35,502 nt of DNA from a virus, in IMG/VR virus record IMGVR_UViG_3300011878_000001, positions 1 to 35,502 of that record; one strand, written 5' to 3'. Position 1 is the first letter of the stretch. Each line of letters starts with the position of its first letter. Made by a program: the position numbers and the translations under genes. This document shows, piece by piece, positions 1-7,056 of this stretch. Under the pieces are notes generated by a model. It searched no databases and was not told where the DNA came from. It was given only the letters and a program-made list of their open reading frames with translations.

Positions 1-77
1 TTTGTTGTGTGTTAGAAGGCGGTGTATCTTCCTGGAGCTGTGAACCAAAGTAGGCAGCCATCTTCAGCACCAGTGGA
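1..77. repeat. Terminal overlap, copy 1 (identical to 35426-35502)
   Basis: tttgttgtgtgttagaaggcggtgtatcttcctggagctgtgaaccaaagtaggcagccatcttcagcaccagtgga occurs at both window ends. It lies inside the scaffolding ORF and keeps its reading frame. Confidence 0.95.
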
Positions 78-559
78 TTGTTGCCAAAGCTTGGATCGTT
101 GACTTCTTCTGCGGTGAGTACGCCGTTTGCAATCAGGTTGCCTGCTGCACTATGTGCATATTTGAAGTTTTGATCTGCTTCACCGCCCCATGCTTCAGTC
201 ATCTTTTGCACAGCGGTTTCATTATCCAGCGCTGCATTGGCTTCCATTAGTGTTGGAATAAGCTCGTTATATTCGCCAAGCAGGAAGCCTAATTTCTCGT
301 TATCAAAACCTGCAGCACGTGCACGTTCCAAAAACTCCTGGTTCTCAGGAATAGCTTTGAATTCGTCAAAGTCAAATCCTTCAACATTCACTTCATAGCC
401 ATCAATAGATTCAGGGACGACTGGTGCAGCTGGTGGCTCAGTTGGTGGGTTTTGATCACCTGGATTTGAATCATCAGCTGGCGGCGTCATCGCGCTTGGT
501 GCTGGTGCTGGATTTGTTTCTACTGGTGGTACTTCTGGATTGTTTACTGGATCAGTCAT
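1..559 (-). CDS. Capsid scaffolding protein, 5' part (continues across the circular junction into 35307-35425; 225 aa in total)
   Basis: Missing from the ORF track because it runs off the window edge. ATG at 559-557, open to nt 1 (MTDPVNNPEVPPVETNPAPAPSAMTPPADD...NNPLVLKMAAYFGSQLQED). Frame arithmetic (559 + 119 nt = 226 codons) joins it to the 35307 ORF. Pro-rich N-terminus. It sits between the portal and capsid genes, like T7 gp9. Confidence 0.65.
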   Translation of the reverse strand, partial: MTDPVNNPEVPPVETNPAPAPSAMTPPADDSNPGDQNPPTEPPAAPVVPESIDGYEVNVEGFDFDEFKAIPENQEFLERARAAGFDNEKLGFLLGEYNELIPTLMEANAALDNETAVQKMTEAWGGEADQNFKYAHSAAGNLIANGVLTAEEVNDPSFGNNPLVLKMAAYFGSQLQEDTPPSNTQQ

Positions 560-995
560 TTACTTCTTCCTTATAGTCGGGATCGTTTGCACGGTTAATT
601 TGTTTGTAGATAAAGCCAATTACATCGGCCTGACCTGCACGAAAACAGGATTCACGCTCGGCATCATGGCCACCACGTACATAGCTGGATTTATTGGCAT
701 ATACAGACGTAAGGTGAGCAAGGATTCGCTGCCCATGGAAATCCAGGTCAAATACATTGCGGTACGTTTCTGGTGTGGCTGTGCGTGTGATTTGCACCTT
801 CACGAATGCGCCACGCTCTTGTTCTTCTTCCTGGACTGGTTCTGCTGTCTTCTGCGGATTTTCAGCATAGAACTGCATCCGAGCTTTGAAAATCGCTGCT
901 TCTTCTTGGGCGCGTTGCCAGCGATAATGGAATGTGACAGCTGCAACAGTCGCAATCAGAAGAAGGATTGCCAGTACTGCGATAACTAAAATCAT
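552..995 (-). CDS. Membrane-anchored protein of unknown function (147 aa) between portal and scaffold genes
   Basis: Strong N-terminal TM helix (MILVIAVLAILLLIATVAAVTF). ATGA overlap with the portal stop (992-995) and an 8-nt overlap with the scaffold start. The opposite-strand ORF 540-989 is Cys-rich and implausible. Confidence 0.6.
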   Translation of the reverse strand: MILVIAVLAILLLIATVAAVTFHYRWQRAQEEAAIFKARMQFYAENPQKTAEPVQEEEQERGAFVKVQITRTATPETYRNVFDLDFHGQRILAHLTSVYANKSSYVRGGHDAERESCFRAGQADVIGFIYKQINRANDPDYKEEVND

Positions 996-2623
996 TGCAT
1001 CACCTCAGTTCCAATTTGTTTTTCGATACCCTTAGCTACTGCACTGCCTGCCATCTGCATCATGGCTTGCTGCTGTTGTTGCTGGGCTTGTTCTTCCTGG
1101 GCTTTCTGACGCGCTTTGCGTAGTTCGGCTACTTCATCGCTGGTGCGCATAACGCTTTGCGGTACACCACGACCATTTCCAGTGATCGTTGCTACGGCGT
1201 CAAAATCAATGTTGTCCAGAATGGTTGGCTCTACAGCTGCTGCATTTCCCATGCTCATGATGTATTGCTCAGTGGCATAGACTTCTTCCATACGCTGAGA
1301 ACGTGCTAGTGGTGATACAAATTTGAATGAAAGGTTGCGGCCCCACAGCTCTTCTGGTGGTTGCCCTAAAACACCATCACGCAATGCCAGACCGAAGCAG
1401 CGATCAAGAATAGATTTGAGATATTCAGCCTGTAGACGTCCATACATCGGGCCGAGCAACTGACGGATCAGTTCGACACGTGTATTGATTTCCGTTGCTG
1501 TCATCTGCTGCGTGCCTACTGGTGGCAACTGGTCAGCCATTAACTTTCTGCGAATGCCGCCTTGTAGATTATTCATCAGGTATTCAGCAAGCTGGAATGT
1601 GGTGCCATCATCCAAGCGCTTCATTGAATCAACGCTATTGGCCACAATCACTTTACGTGGACCAATACGCACGGTATGAGGATTTAATACGCCGTCATCC
1701 TCAGCAATCCACATTCCACCTAACTGCATTTCGGTGGAACGAACAGTGTTCTTCATCATCTCGTTCACTGTCTTCGCATCAGGCAACGCCAAAGTCATCT
1801 GACCATTGCCATAAACAGAGTTTGGCAACTTGCGCAGACGTGGCACCGAACAAGGAAATTCGTGATAGCCGGATTCCTTCATCATATGATTGTTGGCAAT
1901 ATCGATGTGTTTTGATGCAAAAGGCATGGCTTTGTTGATCTGACCTGCACCAGCCTGCTTACGTGGTTCAATCACATGCAGTAATTTCAGCTTGGTATCT
2001 GGTGCATTCTTGGCTGTTTCGATCACTGTGTAGTGACAGTTCTTTTCACCATAGGTGTTGACCATTGTTGCCGCAGTCATTTCATGTTCACGGTAAATTG
2101 TGTCAATCAGACCGTCTGAACGTGTAGATCCGAGGAAGCAACTACCAATAGGCCATGATTCAAAGACGTAACCACCACCAGCTTCACGATCAATATCGAT
2201 GTACATCACACCCCAGCCAGCCGTTACAACGTCTGTGAGCGTGTCAAAGTTCTCAGAATCGAAGTTTGCACCATGGATATTGCGCCACATGAACTGACAC
2301 ACATCCTCAAGCCAGCGTTCACCTTCTGTGACTTCTGATAAATCATCGATACCATCCGGCTGTGCTTTAAACCAGATTGCATTTGCAGGCGTCACACCAT
2401 TCATGATCATTGAAACAAGGACCTGAATAGAGTCTGCTGCTGTTGAGTCATACAGATCAGCACGATCAGTTTCACGCTGATTCTTTACATCTGCACCCTG
2501 GAATGACTGCTGACGCTCAGGCGCACCAAAGCGATAGCATTCAGCCCAGTGCGACTCATACTGTGCACGCGCAGCCTTGAGCTGACTTAATCGGGTGCAG
2601 TACTGTCGAGCGTCATTGTTCAT
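992..2623 (-). CDS. Portal (head-tail connector) protein, T7 gp8-like
   Basis: 543 aa (from memory, T7 gp8 is 536 aa). Position upstream of scaffold and capsid. N-terminal pattern RLSQLKAARAQYESHWAECYRF is typical of podovirus connector proteins. Acidic, Q-rich C-terminus. Confidence 0.8.
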   Translation of the reverse strand: MNNDARQYCTRLSQLKAARAQYESHWAECYRFGAPERQQSFQGADVKNQRETDRADLYDSTAADSIQVLVSMIMNGVTPANAIWFKAQPDGIDDLSEVTEGERWLEDVCQFMWRNIHGANFDSENFDTLTDVVTAGWGVMYIDIDREAGGGYVFESWPIGSCFLGSTRSDGLIDTIYREHEMTAATMVNTYGEKNCHYTVIETAKNAPDTKLKLLHVIEPRKQAGAGQINKAMPFASKHIDIANNHMMKESGYHEFPCSVPRLRKLPNSVYGNGQMTLALPDAKTVNEMMKNTVRSTEMQLGGMWIAEDDGVLNPHTVRIGPRKVIVANSVDSMKRLDDGTTFQLAEYLMNNLQGGIRRKLMADQLPPVGTQQMTATEINTRVELIRQLLGPMYGRLQAEYLKSILDRCFGLALRDGVLGQPPEELWGRNLSFKFVSPLARSQRMEEVYATEQYIMSMGNAAAVEPTILDNIDFDAVATITGNGRGVPQSVMRTSDEVAELRKARQKAQEEQAQQQQQQAMMQMAGSAVAKGIEKQIGTEVMQ

Positions 2624-2808
2624 TATCCACCGCCTAATGTTGATTTATTTCCAGCATCGCCATTGCTGCCTAGGACACTTAACGATCCACTAGATCGACT
2701 GGTACGGCGCATAGCTTTCTTCATATTGGTTTCCGCCGTTGCCTTTTCTGCTGCACGACGCGCATCACCTTCTGGATCCTGCTTCACTACTTTTGGTTTA
2801 GATCCCAT
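2623..2808 (-). CDS. Small basic virion-associated protein, T7 gp6.7-like (tentative)
   Basis: 61 aa, MGSKPKVVK...NKSTLGGG. Start and end patterns and the position just upstream of the portal resemble gp6.7-type proteins of T7-like phages (from memory). Its stop codon shares one nucleotide (2623) with the portal start codon. Confidence 0.45.
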   Translation of the reverse strand: MGSKPKVVKQDPEGDARRAAEKATAETNMKKAMRRTSRSSGSLSVLGSNGDAGNKSTLGGG

Positions 2809-2810
2809 GG

Positions 2811-3158
2811 TTATCCCCCTGCTGAATCCCAGCCGCGTTCAGTCAATACGCCGTGAATGTGTTTAACTTCGGCAGGTTTGGATTCAAGTGCTTGTGGTGC
2901 TGCGGATTTGGTTGAAGCTTTAGATTTTGCTTCCAGCTCTTTGATTTTCGCTTCTGCTTCAGCGAGCTTTTGCGCTACGGCATCAAACTGCTCTACAGGC
3001 ACAAGAGCTACTTCTGGCGCATTTTCATTAGTAGAAGGGTCAGCACCAGTGATGCTTTCTAACGCTGCATCAGCCTGTTGAGCTGTAGTTGGTTGAGTGA
3101 CTTCTTTTTCTTCAGGTTTAGGTGTTGCACCTGGTGTATTTACTTTTCGAGCTGCCAT
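2811..3158 (-). CDS. Hypothetical protein, first gene of the late operon (115 aa, Ala/Glu-rich coiled-coil segment)
   Basis: ORF in operon orientation, 2 nt from the next gene. Its ATG directly follows the U-tract of the 3159-3188 terminator. Confidence 0.55.
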   Translation of the reverse strand: MAARKVNTPGATPKPEEKEVTQPTTAQQADAALESITGADPSTNENAPEVALVPVEQFDAVAQKLAEAEAKIKELEAKSKASTKSAAPQALESKPAEVKHIHGVLTERGWDSAGG

Positions 3159-3225
3159 AAAAAAACCCTATCGTTGGTTGATAGGGTTACTGTGGGGGTA
3201 TGGGTGTTTGGGTTTGTTGGGTGTT
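3159..3225 (-). terminator. Box-terminator module copy 1 (tR'-like, between late regulator and late operon)
   Basis: Minus-strand reading: AACACCCAACAAACC (3225-3211), a 22-nt spacer, stem AACCCTATC/GATAGGGTT (3188-3164) with a 7-nt loop, T7 (3165-3159), then ATG at 3158. Confidence 0.7.
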
Positions 3226-3305
3226 TAATTCACTCCGAATACTGAAAAAAGAATACAAGCCAATCCAAAACCAAATAACGCGCCAAGCGCAAATTCACTA
3301 TTCAA
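3225..3305 (-). CDS. Possible 26-codon hydrophobic mini-ORF (TTG start), very uncertain
   Basis: TTG at 3305 preceded by GGGAGATTGGAAG. Encodes LNSEFALGALFGFGLACILFSVFGVN. Its TAA (3227-3225) abuts the conserved box, as the stop codons of real genes do at the other copies. Too short to judge. Confidence 0.15.
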   Translation of the reverse strand: MNSEFALGALFGFGLACILFSVFGVN

Positions 3306-3754
3306 CTTCCAATCTCCCGATCCAACTCATCAATCACCTGATCACACAGGCCGCCGTCTTCAAATATGTCCAGCTGCCCGATCTTGTACTTGTATGTCAT
3401 CCATTCGCCTTCTAACGGATAACGTATAATTCCTGTCTCCATACGCCATAACTCGATAAATGCTGCGCCGTTGTCGTAGTTCGGGATTCCACCACGTGCC
3501 CATTCAGACACAGTGGAAGCACCAGACACAGGCAGAAGGAATGCAATCTTTTCATGCGTCCAACCTAAACGACTCAGATCCAGGATCATGCGATTGAAGT
3601 CTGGACGTTTGTAGTTGCGCATCTTTAACTTGAACTCTTTGACCTTTTTCTGGGTGTTGAGATTGATAAAACGCGCGCGCGCGCGAGGGTCGTTCGTATA
3701 AACCCCATTTACTCCACTTCCGCCGACCAGCTGCAGCTCACTTGAACTTCCCAT
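3302..3754 (-). CDS. Putative late-gene regulator (HTH protein at the lambda Q position)
   Basis: The track ORF starts at TTG 3760. ATG at 3754 has a better SD (GAAGGGG 6 nt upstream). HTH-like segment WTHEKIAFLLPVSGASTVSEWARGG. It is the last gene of the early-right operon, directly upstream of a terminator and the late genes. I recognised no similarity to lambda Q. Confidence 0.35.
   Translation of the reverse strand: MGSSSELQLVGGSGVNGVYTNDPRARARFINLNTQKKVKEFKLKMRNYKRPDFNRMILDLSRLGWTHEKIAFLLPVSGASTVSEWARGGIPNYDNGAAFIELWRMETGIIRYPLEGEWMTYKYKIGQLDIFEDGGLCDQVIDELDREIGS
3672..3685. repeat. (CG)7 dinucleotide tract inside the regulator gene
   Basis: acgcgcgcgcgcgcgagg encodes RARAR (codons 26-30). 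Confidence 0.95.
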
Positions 3755-3795
3755 TTGCAACCCCTTCTAATCCCAAACTACGGTTATTAATTTTT

Positions 3796-4308
3796 TTAAA
3801 GTTCCCAAACTTTTAAACTAATCATTCCACCTGGTACCACGGCGCCACGTTTCACAATTAATTCATCAAATTGCTCATCGTCTTCACAAAATCCACATTT
3901 CACCAAGGAATCGATTGTTGCTTTCAAGTGGTTATCGATGTCCCGTTTCTGGTGTGTAGGGAAATGAAAAATAACTTCCAGTTTTAATCGTGTTGTCAGC
4001 CGTAATGCCGGGATCAGGGCAATAACAACGGCATGAAAATCTCTCGCCTTGTCACTTAACCTCATGCCCTTACCGTAACGTTCCCAATAGTGATTGACAC
4101 TCGGTGGCGTTGTGGCAATTTCACATGACAAAACCAGTTCTTCTTCATAGTCCGTATTTCTCACTGATTTCGCGTCTACGGCGTTTTTCTTTGATTTCTG
4201 TACCTTTGCTTGGTTTTGTTGTTTAGTGCGCTCCTGAGAAGTTTTAGCCCTGCTACGGTGGATTTTTAAGTGTGTTTGTAAGTACTCTTCACTCCATCTC
4301 AATGTCAT
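3796..4308 (-). CDS. rusA: RusA-family Holliday junction resolvase with a basic N-terminal extension
   Basis: C-terminal ~110 aa carries RusA-like patterns (PPSVNHYW, RDIDNHLKATIDSL, DDEQ). The first ~60 aa are K/R/Q-rich. ATGA overlap with the upstream gene. Confidence 0.7.
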   Translation of the reverse strand: MTLRWSEEYLQTHLKIHRSRAKTSQERTKQQNQAKVQKSKKNAVDAKSVRNTDYEEELVLSCEIATTPPSVNHYWERYGKGMRLSDKARDFHAVVIALIPALRLTTRLKLEVIFHFPTHQKRDIDNHLKATIDSLVKCGFCEDDEQFDELIVKRGAVVPGGMISLKVWEL

Positions 4309-4772
4309 GCTGCCATTTCCTTTTGTTTGATCCTGACTGCATTCTGTTTTTCCAGTTCTTCAATCTGATCCATAACTGCAAGGATTCTCTGATACTCAAC
4401 TGTGGTCAGTGGGCATTTACGCTTAGGTGTCAGGCAGGCACGAATACGTGGCAGTGGTATTCCAGTGATTTCAGCAAGAAAAGTACGTCGCGGCTTCTTG
4501 GTTTGGCTCTTGTTGGCCCAACGTACCAAGGTCATCACCTGGTGATCAGTAGCAAGTCTTGGTCTCTTTGATTCAACCGTTGAGCGTTTAGGACGTGGCT
4601 TCACTGCACAGCCTGGTAACGGTTTGATCTTTCCACCACGTTTAAGAAACTTGATCAGTTCATCGTCCAGTTCTTCACGCAGTTTTTCTTTCTTCACATC
4701 CGGTGCAGTTGCTTTCATCGCTGCACGTTCTGCTGCTACATGATTTAAAAATTCTTCTCGTTCAACTCTCAT
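4305..4772 (-). CDS. Hypothetical basic protein (possible DNA-binding)
   Basis: The track ORF begins at GTG 4790. ATG 4772 (MRVEREEF...) is preferred because it sits in a TGAAATG junction with the proposed upstream small ORF. Lys/Arg-rich. Confidence 0.5.
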   Translation of the reverse strand: MRVEREEFLNHVAAERAAMKATAPDVKKEKLREELDDELIKFLKRGGKIKPLPGCAVKPRPKRSTVESKRPRLATDHQVMTLVRWANKSQTKKPRRTFLAEITGIPLPRIRACLTPKRKCPLTTVEYQRILAVMDQIEELEKQNAVRIKQKEMAA

Positions 4773-4773
4773 T

Positions 4774-4935
4774 TCACGCCCCGATTTCACGAAATTTATT
4801 TAGAAAGTTTTTATTCTTTAAGCCTACGTATTGGCACCAACCCCATATTTCCCGCCAGTAAAACCAGTCTCCGTTCAGGTTTCGCCAGTAGGTGCCGTCA
4901 GATTCGATATGTGTTGCACCTGGTGGTTTGTTCAC
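4774..4935 (-). CDS. Possible small Trp-rich protein (53 aa, GTG start)
   Basis: It fills an otherwise unexplained 140-nt gap. GTG at 4935 overlaps the upstream stop as GTGA, the same arrangement as the 87-aa gene at 5195. Sequence VNKPPGATHIESDGTYWRNLNGDWFYWREIWGWCQYVGLKNKNFLNKFREIGA. Below the ORF-track size cutoff. Confidence 0.3.
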   Translation of the reverse strand: MNKPPGATHIESDGTYWRNLNGDWFYWREIWGWCQYVGLKNKNFLNKFREIGA

Positions 4936-5195
4936 GCTACACCTGCCTGCATGGCCGTTTTAATTTCCTCTCTGAGGTCTTTGAGCCACACGTAATCGAA
5001 ATAAATCTTGTCCAAGTCCATGTAAGGCAAAAATTCATGTTTCTTTTCGTGGTACAGGTACACATGACCATCAAGTACCGCAAAGTATTTTTGCAGTTGA
5101 GGAAAATACCCATCAGGACATGGCGCATTTGTTAAAACCAAAGCAGCTATCATTTCAGCAGGACCTTGGCCACCACATAATTCAATTAAACTCAC
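4932..5195 (-). CDS. Hypothetical protein (87 aa)
   Basis: GTG start overlapping the stop of the P-like gene (GTGA). Operon orientation. Confidence 0.5.
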   Translation of the reverse strand: MSLIELCGGQGPAEMIAALVLTNAPCPDGYFPQLQKYFAVLDGHVYLYHEKKHEFLPYMDLDKIYFDYVWLKDLREEIKTAMQAGVA

Positions 5196-5794
5196 ACCCC
5201 ACCCCCTGCGCTTTTCCCTACACGTTTCACCATTGCAGCCAATTCAGGCGGACACGGCACACCAGATCTCGGTGCATAGTTATGGGCAAGCTGCTTGACC
5301 TGTGGTTTTACCCACATTTCCTGCACACGGCCTTTTTCCTTGGCTTTCTGTAGATAATCTTCGTAAATATCTTTGAACGCTCTGTGTGCTGCTTTCTGGC
5401 CTTCCACGTTGATGATGTGCTGTACTTCATCAAGTGCACGCTTAGCCAATGTCGTGATCTTATTGGTTGGATCTGCTTCAAAATTCAATGCTTTGGCCCA
5501 TGCTTGTTCAGCTGTCCACCAATCGCCGTCATGCACACACCAAGAACGAAACTCTGGAAGTGATGGGCACCATTTTTCAGAATTCATACGCTCTAAGCCA
5601 CGGCGTAATTCTGCAGGTTTCAAGCCATTCAAAACCGTACAGACAGTGAATTGCAGCTCCGCTGGAGTGATATTTCCGTATTTTTTATCGAACATTTCAC
5701 CGTACAGTGCCTGCATCCGGCCTAAGACCTGATCTGCAATCTCAGCTGGAAAATCAACAACGAATGCGTCCTGGAATAACTGGATATTGCTCAT
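5192..5794 (-). CDS. Replication protein, lambda P-like (helicase loader family)
   Basis: 200 aa immediately downstream of the O-like initiator (ATGA overlap). The pattern NGLKPAELRRGLERM...WCPSLPEFRSWC resembles the replication protein P family (from memory). Confidence 0.6.
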   Translation of the reverse strand: MSNIQLFQDAFVVDFPAEIADQVLGRMQALYGEMFDKKYGNITPAELQFTVCTVLNGLKPAELRRGLERMNSEKWCPSLPEFRSWCVHDGDWWTAEQAWAKALNFEADPTNKITTLAKRALDEVQHIINVEGQKAAHRAFKDIYEDYLQKAKEKGRVQEMWVKPQVKQLAHNYAPRSGVPCPPELAAMVKRVGKSAGGGV

Positions 5795-6687
5795 GATTCA
5801 CCTCGTGCAACTACGCCTTGGCCATAGCGATGGCGTTTTGGTTGTTCAGCCTTAGGTTGTTTTGGTTCTGCCTTCGGTTTTGGTGCCTGATAGTTCTTCA
5901 TCCACTTCAACCAGGTGGTCATCCACTTTTGAGAAGTGCGTTCAGGTTTACCCACTGACCACTCGCACAGTTCTTTCAGCTGAACCAATACGATTTCTTG
6001 AGACAGGTTTGGAAAGCTCACAGCTGCTTGAGCCATAAAATCCTGTTTGATTGGGTAAGTACCGGTTAAATCCTTCAGCGTGTACAGCTTTTGATCGTCA
6101 GAGTGGTAATCAATAAAATTCAAAGCACCGCGATTCTGAGCAACAAAATCGGACGGCGCTTTATTCTTATTATTTTCTAAAGGATCTATAGAAGTATCTA
6201 TTGTGTGTTCCCCTAGTGAACTAGTTACTGGTGTCGTAGGTGAACTAGTTTGGTTCACTGGTGGAACTGGTGTTGTAGGTGAACTAGTTCCCTTAGTGAA
6301 CTGATCTTTGATAGAAACCTCATTTAGACGGTAGGATTTCATGCCCTGTTTTCCACTAGCAATGACTGTAATAACGCCGTATTTAATAAGCTCCTTTAGG
6401 CCAGCAGACACAGTTTTACGACCAAGTTGTCTTGCACCTGGTAGATCACACCCTTGTAGCTGGGAGTAACTAACAAAATCTGACTCTTTGTTATGTCCGT
6501 TAATGCGGTTTTCCAGCTCCGCATATACATTGCGTGCCGCATCACTAAGAAACGGCCAGACTTCTTTTCGATACAAGCGACTAGACATAACATAGCCCTG
6601 ATCGAACTTATCGCTATACATGCTTTTCCCAGCCCCTTGTGCCGGTTGCGAAGGCTTCTTAAACGGAATTACTTGTGCAGTATTCAT
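5791..6687 (-). CDS. Replication initiator, lambda O-like (winged-helix N-terminus), with the origin iterons inside the gene
   Basis: Start at ATG 6687 (GGAGG 11 nt upstream) is preferred over the track start at 6741. wHTH-like region ARNVYAELENRING...LGRKTVSAGLKELIKYGVI. The central iterons encode TSSPTTPV repeats. Confidence 0.65.
   Translation of the reverse strand: MNTAQVIPFKKPSQPAQGAGKSMYSDKFDQGYVMSSRLYRKEVWPFLSDAARNVYAELENRINGHNKESDFVSYSQLQGCDLPGARQLGRKTVSAGLKELIKYGVITVIASGKQGMKSYRLNEVSIKDQFTKGTSSPTTPVPPVNQTSSPTTPVTSSLGEHTIDTSIDPLENNKNKAPSDFVAQNRGALNFIDYHSDDQKLYTLKDLTGTYPIKQDFMAQAAVSFPNLSQEIVLVQLKELCEWSVGKPERTSQKWMTTWLKWMKNYQAPKPKAEPKQPKAEQPKRHRYGQGVVARGES
6214..6305. repeat. Origin-type iterons TAG(G)TGAACTAGTT, 3 copies plus one degenerate copy
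   Basis: Copies at 6214-6226, 6237-6250 and 6276-6289, plus 6294-6305 (TAGTGAACTGAT). ACTGGTG spacers are also repeated. An AT-rich stretch at 6160-6203 is adjacent. Confidence 0.7.
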
Positions 6688-6737
6688 AGCTTCACAACCT
6701 CCCCGATACGTGTTAAATTCAACATTCGTTACATGCC

Positions 6738-7043
6738 TCATTTACTTTCTGAGTGAATGGCAAAGAAGCTCATCTGGTCGCACAGATGGGCTTTTTTTGT
6801 GCCTGTGATTTTTGGAAGTGGCTCTGGTGTGAGCTCAAAAGTCGTGTCTACGGTATCTGTGGTCAGACGCATGAGGGATGCGAGATTATTTAAACGTTCC
6901 CGAATTTCAGAGATATTTGCCATGCCTAAACCTCTTACATGCTCAGACAACGTCTTATTTTCAGATCGTGCAATTGCTTCTAAATCACGTTTTTCTTCAT
7001 ACGTGCATTTGAAAGTGATACTTTCAGTTAATTTTTCAGCCAT
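6738..7043 (-). CDS. Ribbon-helix-helix DNA-binding protein (cII-position regulator)
   Basis: Start at ATG 7043, 13 nt after the cro stop. ITFKCTYEEKRDLEAIARSENKTLSEHVRGL fits a strand-helix-helix pattern. The longer track ORF (to 7193) would overlap cro. Confidence 0.5.
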   Translation of the reverse strand: MAEKLTESITFKCTYEEKRDLEAIARSENKTLSEHVRGLGMANISEIRERLNNLASLMRLTTDTVDTTFELTPEPLPKITGTKKAHLCDQMSFFAIHSESK

Positions 7044-7056
7044 ATTCCCTGCCCCT

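Noticed and set aside
540-989. Plus-strand ORF (149 aa) antisense to the 147-aa membrane protein gene
   Set aside because: Cys- and Phe-rich, implausible composition. No SD. Wrong orientation for the operon. The minus-strand ORF is translationally coupled to both neighbours.
1495-1938. Plus-strand ORFs inside the portal gene. Similar shadow ORFs occur at 2663-2866, 2857-3081, 5373-5732, 6757-7200, 11364-11723, 18467-18940, 20086-20460, 22908-23315, 25591-25974, 29263-29574, 30788-31189 and 32155-32397, among others.
   Set aside because: Each lies antisense to or nested within a long ORF that has a recognisable phage function. They have odd amino-acid composition (Ser/Cys/Arg-rich) and no independent signals. 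They are typical shadow ORFs.
3189-3301. A sigma-70 late promoter (PR'-like) between the regulator gene and the first terminator
   Set aside because: The best candidates (for example TTGGAT, 18 nt, CAGTAT) match the consensus poorly. I cannot support a call without transcription-start data.
6214-6305. Short direct repeats (iterons; also the TGTACACA repeats at 14500-14785) as a possible CRISPR array
   Set aside because: The repeats are only 8-14 bp, irregularly spaced and few in number. They lie inside a replication gene or next to an integrase. No cas genes are present. They fit ori iterons and att arm sites.
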